In this document: positions 37,721 through 52,198 of the stretch, piece by piece | Layout of the letters: each line of letters opens with the position of its first letter | How positions within the stretch are numbered: position 1 is the first letter of the stretch | Origin: Felis catus | Lineage: Eukaryota | DNA: 64,000 nt | Direction of reading: 5' to 3' | Assembly (NCBI RefSeq): GCF_018350175.1 | Contig: NC_058383.1 | Span: 5,706,001 to 5,770,000, forward strand | Notes under the pieces: model-generated | Told to the model about the DNA's origin: nothing | Databases searched by the model: none | What the model saw: only the letters and a program-made list of their open reading frames with translations | Translations under genes and position numbers: made by a program

Positions 37721-39039
37721 TTAAGTGAAGAAGAAGTAAGGGTTTTCATTGTTTTAAGCAACCAATTGTAATTGAACAAGTTTAAAAACAGTATAAGACA
37801 GGCTACTGCTCCCAACTTTCAGATGGGAAGCGATTTATTCTTTTGATCTAAAACCACACACCCCAAGATGTTAGACATTGGGTAGTCTTAATATGATGAG
37901 AATTTAAGGGAGTTTACACAAAATACAGACTCTCTTTATTAGATTGCTTACTCCACAAGAACAACTGAAACACAAAGAAGAGAGTAACTCTTCTTTTGCA
38001 GTTCTGATGTTGTTCTCACCTTCTCTACCTGAGAGGACAAGATGGCACACCGGCACACACTGTAAGATCCTCAAAGGTAACAGCAGCTCACACGTATTGA
38101 CTGAGTTCTTCCCTTGTGCCCAGAGTTGTGCTCACTGCTGTACAGAGGTGACCTTTTCTAGTTAGTCCTCACAACCCAGAAGGGAGTACTGCTGTTACCC
38201 ACACTGTTCAGAGGAGGAAACCACAGCTTTAAGAGGTTCAAGGGTTTTCCCACATTTACACAAGAACTAAAAGGTGGGAGAGCTGGAATGTGAACTCATG
38301 TCTGATCTTAAGCCTGTGCTCTCAACTACTCTGCATCCTCTCTCAGATATGCAATGAGAAACCATGTAGAAGACGAATTACATTTTCTCTACTTGGTACC
38401 CAAGGACAGGATGATGCCCAGTGTGTGTCAATTACAGGGAAAGGAATGTCTACTCAACATCAGCCAGAACACTTTAATTATTAGTGTTGTCTGAAAATGG
38501 AACAGGCTACCTCTGGGGGGCTGGGCAGCATCACTTGGGTAAGGGCTGGCCTGGTTGCTTAAAGCCATTTCAGTTCATAGTGTTTGGGTCATGCAGGAAG
38601 TAAAACCAAAGTGGTGGGGCTGACTCCCCAAGGCACGCCATGAAAATCAGCTACCCCCAACTACCAAGATCCAAACACACGTGCGTACATATACACACAC
38701 GACCTACCTCCCAAACGGAGTGGTCAGTGGTATCTGCTCCATGCACCTGAACTTTGGAAACAAACTAAAAAATGTTTTAGGAAGGGAACTAGGGAGGCAT
38801 ACAAACAGGATTATCCATTACATATATCATCCGTAAGATGGACATGTAAATAAAGAGCCCCTCACAGGACCTGGTGAGAATCAAAGGAGAAGACAGAAAC
38901 GAAGCACCTGGCATGCTGTGATCCTCAGTAATTGTTGGTTTCCTACTGAGGGAAGCCACAGGGCATGGAGTGTTAAGCATCAATGTGGTTGGGCAAGTGA
39001 AACAGGGCCTGACTTGTTCACAGGGATATGGAACTACAC

Positions 39040-39850
39040 ATTCACACAGTGAACTCCAGACTCACATTTCCAGTTGCCGCCTTGACATTTCCACTTGCCT
39101 ACTAGGCATCCCAAACCCAACACATCTAAAAGCAAACCCTGACCACCACCACCCCCGCCCCCGCCTCACCATACCCCCTTGTCCACACTTGTCATCTGGT
39201 GCACAGCAAACCCCACTCTACCTTCAATCCCAGTCCAAGCCACCATTCTTTCTCACCTGGGCTGGCACAACAGCCTCCCAACCGGTCTCCCTGTTTCCAC
39301 CCTCCTACACTCTATTCTTTGCACAGAAGCCAGTAAGAAGCTTTTAAAATGTTAAGTCAAACCAAGTCACGCCTGAGCTCAAAACATGCAGAGGATTCCC
39401 ACCCCCACCACAGATTAAAAGGCAACATTCTTATGAACACCCACCCCTATGTGACCCGGCCCCACCCTTGCACCTGCTGTACCTGTAGCCTCATCCCTTC
39501 CCACTCTCCCATCCTTCACTGAGTCTCAACCAGACTGGCTTCCACACTGTGACCAAGTTCACAAGGCCTCAGGAATTTTGCACTTGCTGGACTCCACTGG
39601 AATGGTCTCTCCAGACATCTGCCTGTGGCGCTCCCTCCCAACTGCATGTCCCTGACCACTCTCCCTAAAATGGCCCCTTTCCATCCTTTTCCTCCATCAC
39701 TCGGCGCCTCGCCTTGTTACTATCTGGCATATTAGGCATGTTCGTTTACCACCCACTAGAAAGTAAGTTCCCAGAGAGCAGGGACTTCTATGTATTCTCC
39801 CCAGGGACTGCAGCAAAGCTACCAGATAGTAAATGTTCATTTATACTGTG
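39040..39850 (+). mobile_element. L2 LINE fragment
   Basis: GAACTCCAGACTCACATTTCCA...CTAGAAAGTAAGTTCCCAGAGAGCAGGGAC, typical of L2 3' region. Confidence 0.7.
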
Positions 39851-39927
39851 ATTTAAACGAGGGGAGAAAAACTACTATAATCCCTCGATTCCTGAATATT
39901 TGGTTTTATGCGCTTTCTTTTAAAAAA

Positions 39928-40143
39928 ATTTTTTTTAAATGTTTTTATTTATTTTTGAGAGAGAGAGAGACAGAGCATGAGCAGGGGAGGGGCAGAGAGA
40001 GAGGAAGACACAGAATTTGAAGCAGGCTCCAGGCTCTGAGCTGTCATCACAGAGTCCAACGCGGGGCTCGAAATCATGGACTGTGAGATCATGACCTGAG
40101 CTGAAGTCGGATGCTTAACCAACTGAGCCACCCAGGAGCCCCT
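39928..40143 (-). mobile_element. CAN-SINE
   Basis: Reverse consensus; TSD-like TGYGCTTTCTTTT. Confidence 0.9.
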
Positions 40144-42519
40144 GTGCTTTCTTTTTTTAATGTGCTTTTCAACATACCATGCAATGACTCCCCTCCTTCC
40201 CCCTGCTGGTTAAGGGGCAATTTTTCACAAGAGAAAAGAAACAAACCCTGTACTCATCCTTATACGGCAATTCTCCCCCTCGGAGTCCCTACACATGGAC
40301 TCTGCCTTGGTACCAACAGAAGAAAATGTAAAGTGAAATGTAGGCAGCCATCAAAAACAATAAATAAACCGATTACTTATTAACACAAAGAAATAGAAGT
40401 GGAGTGCTAAATTTAAAAAAGCAGCGCACAAAGTAGTTTATATAGCCGCAGATTTAATTATGTAAAAACAAACATTTTAAAATAATAAAGGTAGAAAATG
40501 TGTTTATTAGGTTCATTTTTCAGTAGGTATTACATTTTTTAAAAACTTGAAGTATATTTAAATGCTCATTATAAAATGAAAGTATAATTCTAAACATCTT
40601 AGAGGACTCATAAGTTATTTAAAATATTAACATGAAATGGGAAGTTGGGCAGGATTGAGAAAATAAAAGTGAGGTAAGATTAAAATACTTAATCACACAC
40701 CAGCACGCACATGGGACAGAGACCTTAGTATGTCACAAATTCTGTTAGAAAAATGGAAGCTGCTGACTATCAGCCATGGCTCTGAGTTATAAATACCTGA
40801 GTCATCTATATATCAGCTTCACTTCACTCAAGAGTCACAGGGGGGAGACTTATTCTGGACTCTTAAGAGTCCAGTTCTGAGTTGTAAAGGGCTTGCCATT
40901 CAATTTGCTCTTTAGTCATCTTGCAGTTTTTATTTTATCTTTGAACCCATGCTCCTAAAGTATTAGTCAGCATTTAATAACTCAAAATCCTTTAGCCTTA
41001 CTAATACTAATTTTTATTTCAATTTGAAATGACACAAACACAATCTGTAGGCCAGCACTCAAAATAACAAGGCTGCAACTTCAACTTGTACCCATTACAC
41101 CCATGATCCTATTAGTCCTAAATTCCAGGCAAACTGAAATATATCCCTCCCCCAACTGTTCCCCCAACCAGAAACCACCACCCTTTCTACCTCCAATGCT
41201 GACCATCATGATATTCAGCATTCCCCGACACTCAGTTTCCCTCCACTTACCCCACTCGGGTGTAATCATCTCTTCCCACGAAATCCTGTAGCCTTTGTAT
41301 GTCTTACTCTCGCACTCACTCCTGTATTAAAGGTATGTATGTATATATTTTCTTAATGTCCCTCACTATGTTGTAGATATCTTAAAGGTAGGGCCAAGTT
41401 TATGAATGTTGTAAATGATAGCCATGGTTTCAAGAGAGCCTCGAGAAACCTGATTCACATTAGACTGAAAGAAGCCCAGTACCCTTATGAGATACTCATT
41501 TGGTTGACCAACAAACATCTCTAAGCTCATCCTAGAGTATATCTACTTCTCACATACTTGCCTCACCAGCCTTCCCCTCCAGCTGACTCTGCTAAATGAC
41601 GGTTAGGATACCTCCCCCACCTCTGAGTCCTTCTAGACACATTGTTGTGAGCACATCTTCACAGCTCTTTTGCAGGTTTTATAGGACATGTCCCAAGGCC
41701 ATTTCCTGTACTGAATCAAATTCTGGTTTCCTGTTTCTTCTTTCCACTAGGTTTAACAATGAACAGGGGATCCAAATCCTTCTGTCATGTGCCCAGTCTT
41801 CCAGATTTCAAAGACTACTTTCGTAATTTGTTCCCTATGTAGAAATCCAACTTCCGTGGGGTCCTCCTTAAGGAATACAAAATCACAAATTCAGACCCAA
41901 GTACAGGGTTTTAAAAGCTGTGCTGCACCTGAGAGGTCCTAAGGCTGATGGTCCCTGAGTCTGGGGGAAGCACTCCACTCTCCATGCAATCAACACATCC
42001 CCAGCTCTACTCCTAATTAGTTGTGTGAAGGCTGACAAGTTACTTAAACTAAGCTTCCGTTTACTTGTCCATAAAATGGGAAGAACATCCCCAACTCAGA
42101 GGACTGTTGCGAGAACCGCATGAGCCTCCTGATTTCTGAACTCTTGTTAGCGCCAGCAAAATTCATTTACTGTGCTATTCATACTGAGTCGGGGCCAAAT
42201 AAAACTCTTCACAAGTTACTGCAACGTTAGGAGGTAGCACGTGTGAGACGTGCTGCACAGCACAGAGCAAACTGTCTAAAATATTTCTGACCAACTGGGG
42301 TCCTATTCAGATTTTCAGATTTCTGCTGAAAAGTTGAGAATAAAGTCGTACATGATTAGATGGTCATGATAGTGCTGCTGGGCTGCCTACACTTTCTATG
42401 GGACTGGGAAACGTGTGCAACTAGCCTCCTGAATTAATACAATGTCTAGTATGTTGTTTATAGTAGGGATTTATTAGGATGCCCTGTGCTGGGAACTTCT
42501 CAGATCAGCATACTTACCT

Positions 42520-43450
42520 TTTTTGGTTTTGGGGGGTACAATACACATAACACAAATTTATCAGTGGCAATGTTTAGAATATTTACAATGTTGTACAACC
42601 ATCACCACTATCCAGCTGGAAAACATTTGACCCCTCAAAAAGGAGACCCTGCACTCATCAGCAGTCATTCCTCATCCATCTCTCTCCCAGTCCCTAGCAA
42701 CCACCCATCTGCCTTCTCTTACGGATTCACTGACTGGAAATTTCATGTAAATGAAACCATGTACTCATATGTGGCCTTATCTGGCTTCTTTCACTTAGCA
42801 TGTTTTCAGGGTTCACCTATGTTGTAGCACATATCAGTATTTCATTCCTTTTAATGACTAAGTGATATCCCATTATAAAGACATACTACATTTTGTTTAT
42901 CCATTCCTAGGTGCTGGACATTTGGGCTGTTTCCACCTTTGGGCTATTGTGAAAAGCACTGCTAAGATTTCATGTGGGGATGTAAAGAGCTAAGGAATGG
43001 AACTGCTGGCTCACACCGTAACTCTGTTAAAATTCTGAGGCAGGTTCTTTTCCAACACTGGTGCTTCCTTTTACATTCCCATCAGCAATGTACAGAGGTT
43101 GCGATTTCTCTACAGCTCTACCAACACTTGTTATTGTCAAAGTTTTTTTTTAATGTTTATTTGGGGGGGGTGGGAGGGGCAGAGATAGAGGGAGACATAG
43201 AATCCAAAGCAGGCTCCAGGCTCTGAGCTCTCAGCACAGAGCCCGATGCAGGACTCGAACTCACAGACCATGAGATCATGACCTGAGCTGAAGTCAGACG
43301 CTTAAATGCTTAACTGACTGAGCCACCCAGCACCCCTGTCTTTTAAATTATAGCTAGTCTGTTGGTTATGAAGTGCTCATTGTGGTTATGACCTGCATTT
43401 CCCTAATAGCTAATGATATCTAGTAACTTTTCATGTGCTTGTTCGCATCC
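42520..43450 (-). mobile_element. L1M 3' end with nested minus-strand SINE (~43143-43337)
   Basis: GGACATTTGGGCTGTTTCCACCTTTGGGCTATTGTG and related L1 3' motifs. Confidence 0.85.
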
Positions 43451-44503
43451 TTACTTTTAATAAGTTTGTTAAGTCATTTGGAACGCAAAAGAGTACCTAA
43501 GGAAGAACATTTACTCCCAAGTGGCTGAAGATCAAAAACTGTCAGAACCCCACTTGTACTAACAAGGAGTCTACCCAATCACCCACCATGGTTGTTGTTT
43601 TCCACCACGGCATCACAGTGTGCTTGGAAAGTCAAGTCCAGCTCATATCATGATTCGAACTACACCTATCTTTGGCATATCCCTCGCCCTTTTACTTACC
43701 TATCCTCCTTCCTCAGCCTGTCATAGAGGCCACACCCTTTTGCTGTTGCTAGAGCCACTTTTTCTTGGCATGCTTCAAAGTCCCTTCCCCTCCTATATTT
43801 GTACATTAGAACTTAGTGAGTTTGTTTCTGACACATAACTTTGGGCCTAGCACGGTGTCATGAACATAGTAAGATAGCTCTTCCAGCATTTTTAAGAGAA
43901 TGTGAATAGGCCCTATCAACAATGATGGTGGTGGTGAAGCAGAGCCCTCTGGGTCTCCTGAGCCACTGCCCCTCACCGTGACCTGTGCAGTTGCTATGGC
44001 CCCTGACCAGCTCTCCTCTGGCTATAGCTGAGAGTGTAAGAATGAGGACTCCCACACTCTCTCCATCCTGAGTTGATGGCACACACAATATCCTTTAAGG
44101 AGAAGACCAATTTGACTAATTGTGAAAATTTGGTTTAAACAAGATAATTTTCTCTTCACATACTTCAAAAATGTAACAGATCGGGCAAATAAATAAAGTT
44201 ATGAAAAACAGGCAATGATGTTTCAGATGTATATTCAGGATGTGCCCACCATGCAATCAGAAAGCACTAAATGTTCAACTGACTAATCTTGGTTTGACGA
44301 TTCAGCTTTTACATCTCCGCTTTTTACTAATTATAGTGCTTCGTTTGCACACATAGTTATATCAAAGCTAAGAAAAAGAATGCTTTTCTTACAACAATTT
44401 CTATAAGCTAGTACAATTTACAATACAGAACCTCCTCTTAAAGTTTAGGAATTTATACATATGCCAATATTCCTCTGATATGGGGACTTAAATGGCAGGT
44501 GCA

Positions 44504-45514
44504 GGGGCGCCTGGGTGGCTCAGTCAGTTAAGCGTCCAACTTCGCCTCAGGTCATGATCTCGCAGTTCATGAGTTTGAGCTCCTCGTCAGGCTCTGTGCT
44601 GACAGCTCAGAGCCTGGAGCCTGCTTCAGATTCTGTGTCTCCCTCCCTCTGCCCCTCCTTTGCTTGTGCTCTAAGAATAAATAAACATTAAAAAAAACTT
44701 AAAAAAAAGTCAAATGGCAGGTGCATATGTAGACTTTATAAATTATTCATTTATAAATTATAAGCCTATCTTTCTCTACAGTTACTATAGCTTAGATCTT
44801 TCTTGCTCCCAAAAGGACAAGGACATGTTGAGTGAATGTTTTCTACTTGAAAATTGAATGGACAAGAGTCACTTGCAAAGTCCAAAGGCATTTGTTACAT
44901 GTACAATTCCAGGACAATCTTTTTTTCAAATCCCAAACTGAAAATAAACAATAAAAATTAATAAAGGTCATGTTATAAATACTTGTAAGCACAAAACAGA
45001 AAATCTTCATAATATCCAATGAAAACACAAAATGCAGGGTCACCTGGGTGGCTCAGGTGGTTAAGTGTTCGACTCTTGGTTTCATGTCCAGTCATCTCCT
45101 CACAGATGGTGGGTTCGAGTCCCACATCGGGCTCTGCACTGATGCTGCAGAGCCTGCTTGGGATTCTCTTTCTCTCCCTCTCTGTCTGCCCCTCCCCCAC
45201 TCACACTGTCTCTCTCTCAAAATAAACAAAGTTAAAAAAAAATACAAAATGCAGACTCATGAATCAGTTCAATCAGTTTCAGACGTGATGGTTCACTATT
45301 TAACACAACCTTTTATCTGCCAAACTATAACGAGCAGGATAACCTCGAGTGCCTTAGGATACAGCAAGTCAGAAAAAACACATCTTTGGGACACCTGGGT
45401 GGCTCAGTTGATTAAGCATCTGATTTCATTCAGCTCAGATCATGATCTCAAGGTCAGTGAGTTCGAGCCCCATGTCAGGTTCCATGCTGACAGAGCCTGG
45501 AGCCTGCCTCCGAT

Positions 45515-45546
<32 letters not shown>

Positions 45547-45605
45547 CTCCCCCACTCATACTCTCTTCTCTCTCAAAAATAAACATTAAAAAAATTAAAA
45601 AAAAA
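44504..45605 (+). mobile_element. Three CAN-SINEs (~44504-44708, 45037-45243, 45387-45605)
   Basis: Consensus; first has TSD AAATGGCAGGTGCA. Confidence 0.88.
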
Positions 45606-46555
45606 GATATTTCAGATACTTTTTTTTTATTTTTAAGACCTAAGACTGATTTTGAGTGCCAATACAAAATTATATTTTTAAAAATTGCATGACCTAAAAA
45701 AAAAATAAATTGTATGACCTATAAGCATTCTATCAATAACAAAAGAACACCTGTGATTTTGTAGGTTCCTTAGTGATGAGGAGATAAAATCTTCTGTTTT
45801 GTACCCAATTTAAGAAACTGGGCCAAACAAATTAATAAATGATTCAAAACGTAATAGCTGACTAAACAAGAACAAGATACAGCCTAGATTTATGTAATGG
45901 TGAGCTATAAGGACCTCAAAGCAAAACTGTAAACTCTCCAAAGAAAGTCTCCTGTTATTTCTTGAGAAATAAATGAGAACAAACTTTATTTTTCCATGCT
46001 TTAAAAATGAAATGACTGATTCATACTTTCTTTTAAATATTTTGCTAAAACATTTTCTTCTGACCATTTCTGGTTTCCTTTTCTACTTTTTCAGTATTTT
46101 CTACGTTTTTAAAAATAAACATTGTTTGATTTAGGGACAAAACTGGAAGTTTTATACATATTTCAATTTCCTCTCTTAAATGAGTACTGTTCTGGATTGA
46201 AGTGTGTACCTAAGATAAAGATTTATGTGTGCACTACAAATACTACAAACACACACTCTGACAATGAATTCTCCAAGTGACTTATTATTTAACAATTAAA
46301 CACAATGGATTAAAATATATTTACCTGCCAATCATGACTACAGAGCTCTTCAGCTCTTTTATTCGTTCCTCCCAACAAGGCAAAGCGGTTGTGCTCTTGA
46401 GCACATACTACTGTGGCTGTTAATGTATGTTAAACCCAAGCACTTAGCAGGTGGTAAGGAACTGCCTTTCAAGAAAAAAAGGGTATCAAATTGCTCACAC
46501 AGTCACTCAGTCTTCACATGTAAACAACTGTGTGATATTAAAGTTCTTCCACCTT

Positions 46556-46764
46556 CAGGGTAAGGTTCCTGGGAGGGGCCAGGTTGTAAATAGTTTAGGC
46601 CTCTTGTGGGCCAAACTTCTCTGTTGCAACCACTCAACTCTGCCATAGTAGCCTGAAAGTAGCCACAGACAATACATGAACAAGTGGGCCTGGCCAGGTT
46701 CCAATAAAATTATATTTACAAATAGGTGCTGGCTAGCCCTCTGGCTCTGGTTTGCTCACCCCTG
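46556..46764 (+). mobile_element. MER58A-like hAT-Charlie DNA transposon fossil
   Basis: CAGGG...CTCTGTTGCAACCACTCAACTCTGCC...TTCCAATAAAA...GTTTGCTCACCCCTG. Confidence 0.8.
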
Positions 46765-46929
46765 CAGTTAAGGTACAACTAATAAAAGGTGATACTTTAG
46801 CAAAATGAATTTGAAAGAGACTTGAAAATATATGCTAATTCTTATTGTTACCTTCAAGTGGTTTAGAGCATTTATCATAAAAATGACTAAAATTTGGTAT
46901 TTCCCTTGAATGATTAATATTTTACTTCT

Positions 46930-48430
46930 GGGGCACCTGGGTGGCTCAGTGGGTTAAGCAACCGATTTCAGCTCAGTTCATGATCTCCCTGTTAGTGGGT
47001 TCAAGGCTTGCTTTGGGCTCCCTGCTGACAGGTCAGAGCCTGGAGCCTGCTTTTGATTCAGTGTCTCCCTCACGCTCTCTGCCTCTCCCCCACTCATAGT
47101 CTGTCTCTCTAAAAAATAAAACATTAAAAAAAATGTTTTTAAATATTTTACTTTCAATTACAGTTGAAAAAAAAAAACAATGACACATTTTCTGAGTATT
47201 CTCTACAAGAGGAGAAGAGACTATATTCATAAAGAGCCTTTCATTTTCAAGAGAAAATGAGCAGGATAGGACTTTTTCAGGAGAAGGATGTGTATCCAGC
47301 AAATTTATAGAAAATTAAAAATTGCCATTATTTCTCAAGTTTCAGATAGCTACAATAACTTACAAATTTTGGAAATTTACATTAAAATATTTTCCATAAA
47401 ATCTGATTCCCTTTGCCCTGCAAAACTTACACTATACCTTTGTTCATATGGATTTTTTTTTTTAATGCTTATTTTTGAAGAGAGAAAGCAAGAGCACACA
47501 CTAGCGGGGGAGGGGCAGAGAGAGAGGGAGACACAGAATCTGAAGCAGGCTCCAGGCTCTGAGCTGTCAGCACAGAGCCCGACACGGGGCTCAAACCCAT
47601 GAACTGTGAGATCGTGACCTGAACCGAAGCCGGATGCCCAACTGACTGAGCCACCCAGGCGCCCCTGTTCATATGGATTAAACAGAAAATAAAAGGGTAT
47701 TTCTAGTGCTTTGCCAATTCTAAATATTTTACAAGAATTTTATCAAATGTCAGGGCACCTGGGTGGCTCAGTCGCTTAAGAGTCTGACTCTTGTTTTCGG
47801 CTCAGGTCATCATCTCACAGTTTCATGAGTCTGAGCCTGTGTTGGGCTCTGTGCTGTCTGTGGAGACTGCTTGGAATTCTCCCTCTTTGCCCCTTCCACA
47901 TTCACACCCTATCTCTCTCAAAATAAACACATTTTAAAAAAGAGTTTTATCAAATGGTAAGTCATATTACATCAGTTATTTTTATTTTCTAAGAAGCAAA
48001 CTATATTTTTTGAATACCTTTTAATCAGAGAAGTTCCACCATTGCTAGGCATTTCTCCTTTTCATTTTCAGTGACTTTCAGTGGCAACAAAACTTTTACA
48101 TCCTCCATAGGTGTTACCCCAACATAAGAACAGTAAGATAATAATAAAACCCTTATTAGAGAGAATCCTTCATGAATGAGAATCCAGAGAAACAATAATA
48201 GCAGCAGTAGAACCAGACCTTCAAGAACTCGAAATAATGGAATTACTGCATAGATAATAAAAGAAATCAAAACATAAAAACAAAACCCAAATTAAAAGTT
48301 AGTTTCCAGGGTGTCTGAGTGGCTCAGTCAGTTAAGCATACAGCTCTTGATTTCAGCTCAGGTCATGATCTCATGATTGGTAAGGCCCGCAATGACCTCG
48401 AGGAGTCTGCTTGGGATTCTCTCTCTCTCA

Positions 48431-48472
<42 letters not shown>

Positions 48473-48535
48473 TCCCTCCTTGCTTACACGTGCGTGAACG
48501 TGCATGCTCTCTCTCTCTAATAAACTTAAAAAAAT
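46930..48535. mobile_element. Four CAN-SINEs (+46930-47132, -47452-47665, +47752-47940, +48308-48535)
   Basis: Consensus; minus copy has TSD TGTTCATATGGATT. Confidence 0.88.
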
Positions 48536-48539
48536 TAAT

Positions 48540-49420
48540 TTGCAAAATCAATAATAAAAAGACAACTCAATTAAAAATGGGCAAAGGATCTGAATAGATA
48601 CATTTCCCAAGAAGATATGCAATAGCCAATAAGAATGTGAAAAGATGCTCAACATTATAAATCACTAGGGAAATGTAAATCAAAACCCAAGTGAGATATT
48701 ACTTCACACTCACTAGGACGGCTATCATCAAAAAGACAGTAAGTGTTGACAGGGATGTAGAGAAATCAGAACTCTCACACACTGCTTATGGGAATGTAAA
48801 ATGGTGCATTAATTTTGAAAAGCAGCTTGGCACCTCTTCAAGAAAAGTTAAATTTAGAGTTATCATAATATGAGCCAGGAATTGCACTAAGTGTACACCG
48901 ATGAGAAAGAAAAAGATAATACATACACACAAAATTTGTACACAAATGTTCATAGTAGCATTATTTCTAATAGTTTAAGGTAGAAACAAACCAACTATCC
49001 ATCAGCTGATAAATGGATAAACAAAACATTGTATATCTATATAATATCATCCATCCATAAATAGAAAGTACTCAAACATGCTACAATGTGAATCTTGAAA
49101 TTATACTAAGTGAAAGAAAGTAGTCTCAAAAGATGACATATGGTAGGATTCCATTTATATGAAACTGTTCGATATAACCAAATCTGTAGAGATAAAATAT
49201 ATTAATCATTTCATATGGCTGGAGTTGAGGGTAAATGGGAAGTTGACTGCTAATGGTACAGGATTTCTTTTTGGGGTGATGAAAATATTCTAAAGTTAAC
49301 TATGGTGATAATTTAAAACTTTGTGACTATACTAAAATCCACTGAACTGTGCACACTATAAATGGATGGACTGTATTCTATGTTAATTATATCTCAATAA
49401 AGCAGTTATAAAAAATATGA
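48540..49420 (+). mobile_element. L1M(B-like) 3' end
   Basis: AAAATGGGCAAAGGATCTGAATAGATACATTTC...TTATATCTCAATAAAGC. Confidence 0.85.
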
Positions 49421-49888
49421 CAAAAGTTAATTTGCAGATTTCAAAAAAAATGAAATAGAACTTAATACTGATGAAAAATAGTCACTGAAACTGAAAACTC
49501 AATGGAACCAATTAGAAAATAAAAAGTTTAAAGCCATTTAAAAGAGCAAAACACACCATAAATATCTAATAATGCATATATAAAAATGTGTGCAAGACTT
49601 CTACAATTAAAAACTGCCATATTCGTGGATTAGAAATTCAGTATTGCTAAGATGTCAATCCTTCCTAAATCTATCCACAGAGTCAATCTGTAGTCCAAAT
49701 TCCAGGAGATTGTTTTTTCGTGGAACTTGACAAGCTGATTCTAAAATATATGTAAATGCAAAAGTCCAACAACAGCCAAGATGCCCTTGAATAAGAGCGT
49801 CGATTTGTTCTGAGGTCTACTTCTAGCTATCAGGATGCATTCTAAAGTCACAGAGATGAAGACAGTGTGGCATTCGGGCAGCAAAGTG

Positions 49889-50839
49889 CAGGAGACGTGT
49901 TGCCTCCTTGTTTCCCTGGTGATAAACCCATGTGACATGTTACAAAAATGGGTAATTTAAAGTGGAAGTGCAGCAAAGAAATGAAAAACAGTAACAACAA
50001 AGTAAACGGAGTTCGAGAAGTAGCTGCCTATGGGCATGTGGACACCGTGGCCCTTGGAGAGACCCTGGACGTGCAGCCACAAGAACTGGGTGAAGCCTGA
50101 ACTTACAACATAACCGAGCAAAGTGATTGTGACGAAAAATAAAATGAAGAGGTTTCAGAGAAAGCAATGCCAGCAGAAAACTGCACGTTAAAAGAACTCT
50201 AGAGGGTATCTGGTCACATTGAAGTCACAAAGGATAAAATATTGGAAGTTGATGCAGGGTTAGGAAGGAGCAGGACAATCCATAAAAGCTTAGAGAAGAG
50301 GTCTACTCTGTATCTTGAGTTACAGGGGAAGGAGACAAGTGCCATTGAGACCACCCAAGTTTTTTACAATAAAAATGCTTCCATTGTCAGTGTTTCTAAT
50401 ACTTTAATGTGTACAACATAAATACTCGTTTAACTCTTTTTTCCACTTCCCTATACATTTGTAACTGAGAATAAGAGAATTTTGAGGATTTTGACAATTT
50501 TGTTTTCTTTTTTTCCCCCTTTTTTTTAGAGAGAAAGAGCGAGAGACCACGTGCACAAGCAAAGGAGAGGGGCAGAGGGAGAGAGAGAACTTAAACAGGA
50601 ACCTTGTTCAGCATGAAGCCCAACACAGGGCTTGATCCCAACAACCCTGGAATCATGACCTGAGCTAAAATCAAGAGTCAGACACTCAACTGAGTCACTC
50701 AGGTGCTCCTTGAGAAACGTTTTTCAAGGTCATGGCACAATCATATTTTCCCTGCTGATGATTAAGATGGCTTTCAATAGTTTTAACTTGCATGGTCATT
50801 TTTGTGGTCCTGCACTGCTGTGCAAAATGGGGACACCTG
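49889..50839 (+). mobile_element. TcMar-Tigger fossil (Tigger13a-like) with nested minus-strand SINE (~50500-50709)
   Basis: Ends ...GCAAAATGGGGACACCTG|TA; internal transposase-remnant motifs. Confidence 0.6.
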
Positions 50840-50894
50840 TATGTAAAATTAATGAATTAAATGTATCAGTTCAGAAATTAGAAAAAGAATAACA

Positions 50895-51134
50895 GGGGTG
50901 CCTGGGTGGTTCAGTCGGTTGGGCATCCGACTTCGGCTCAGGTCACGATCTCACGGTCCATGAGTTTGAGCCCCGTGTCAGGCTCTGTGCTGGCAGCTCG
51001 GAGCCTGGAGCCTACTTCAGATTCTATGTCTCCCTCTCTCTCTGCCCCTGCTCTGCTCATACTCTGTCTCTGTCTCTCAAAAAGTGAATAAATGTTAAAA
51101 TATATATATATTAAAAAAAAAAAGAAAAGAAAAA
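50895..51134 (+). mobile_element. CAN-SINE
   Basis: Consensus; TSD-like AAAARAATAACAG. Confidence 0.88.
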
Positions 51135-52090
51135 TAACAGAGTCATCCTAAAGACAGCATAAAGAAGAAAAGAAAAAGCAGAAATTCATAAAATAGAAAA
51201 CAAAGATACAATGGAGAGAACTGAAAAACTGGTTCATGAATAATCAGGAATAATCAAGGAAAATGCATATTCTTACAAACTTACATTACCTATTCTACAG
51301 GATAATGTCAATGAAAAAAAACCTGTACTCTTCTTGAGTTCTCAAATATGTGTGAATATATGAAGTGGCAACAGAGAAGCATCTTCCTGGTCTTTGAAAC
51401 TACAGAATCTAGGAGGTACATTATCTCATTTCATCTTCCGACTACTCAAGACATGTTGCCATCATCCCCTGTAGGCATGCCAACCTGCTCATAGTCACGA
51501 AGTGTTGCCCAAAGTAACACGAATTGATAGCAGCAAGGTAACAATATAAACTTTACTGAGCATCTCTTAGGTGTTGAGTAATAAGCTACCTGCCAGGGTC
51601 TCAAGGGAAGATACAATCTGGCCTGGCTTCCACATCCTACGTAACCGGATCTTTCCTGTGCTTCGGCTGGGGTGGGAGGAAGCTCTATGACCCACGAAGC
51701 ACCGATGCCACCTACCATGCACCCTAGGGATCACCAACTCTACAACCCCTGTTCTGTCTTGCCTGGCTGCAGAGCACACAGCTAGGGACACAGGACCCAA
51801 TGTGGCTGCCCATGGAGGTTCTCTCTCACCTCCACACAGAAATGACCACCAAGTTTACCCTTTAGGGCCTATCAGTCACATCAAGGAAACACTGGGTTAC
51901 TGGGTTTTCAAGCAGGAAAAACTCATCCATGAGGCTCCTGAGGATGAGATGAGGCAATGTAAGAATAAGAAGCAAGTGGCACACAGCAGGCACTTAACTG
52001 AGATCTGAGTTTCTATACAAAGCACAGCAGTACAAGCGCAAGTCAGGCAACACTTGTGAGAAGACCCATATATAATATATTGTATAACAC

Positions 52091-52198
<108 letters not shown>

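Noticed and set aside
44335..44365. Faint resemblance to the U6 snRNA 5' end
   Set aside because: Too short and mismatched, and the similarity does not continue
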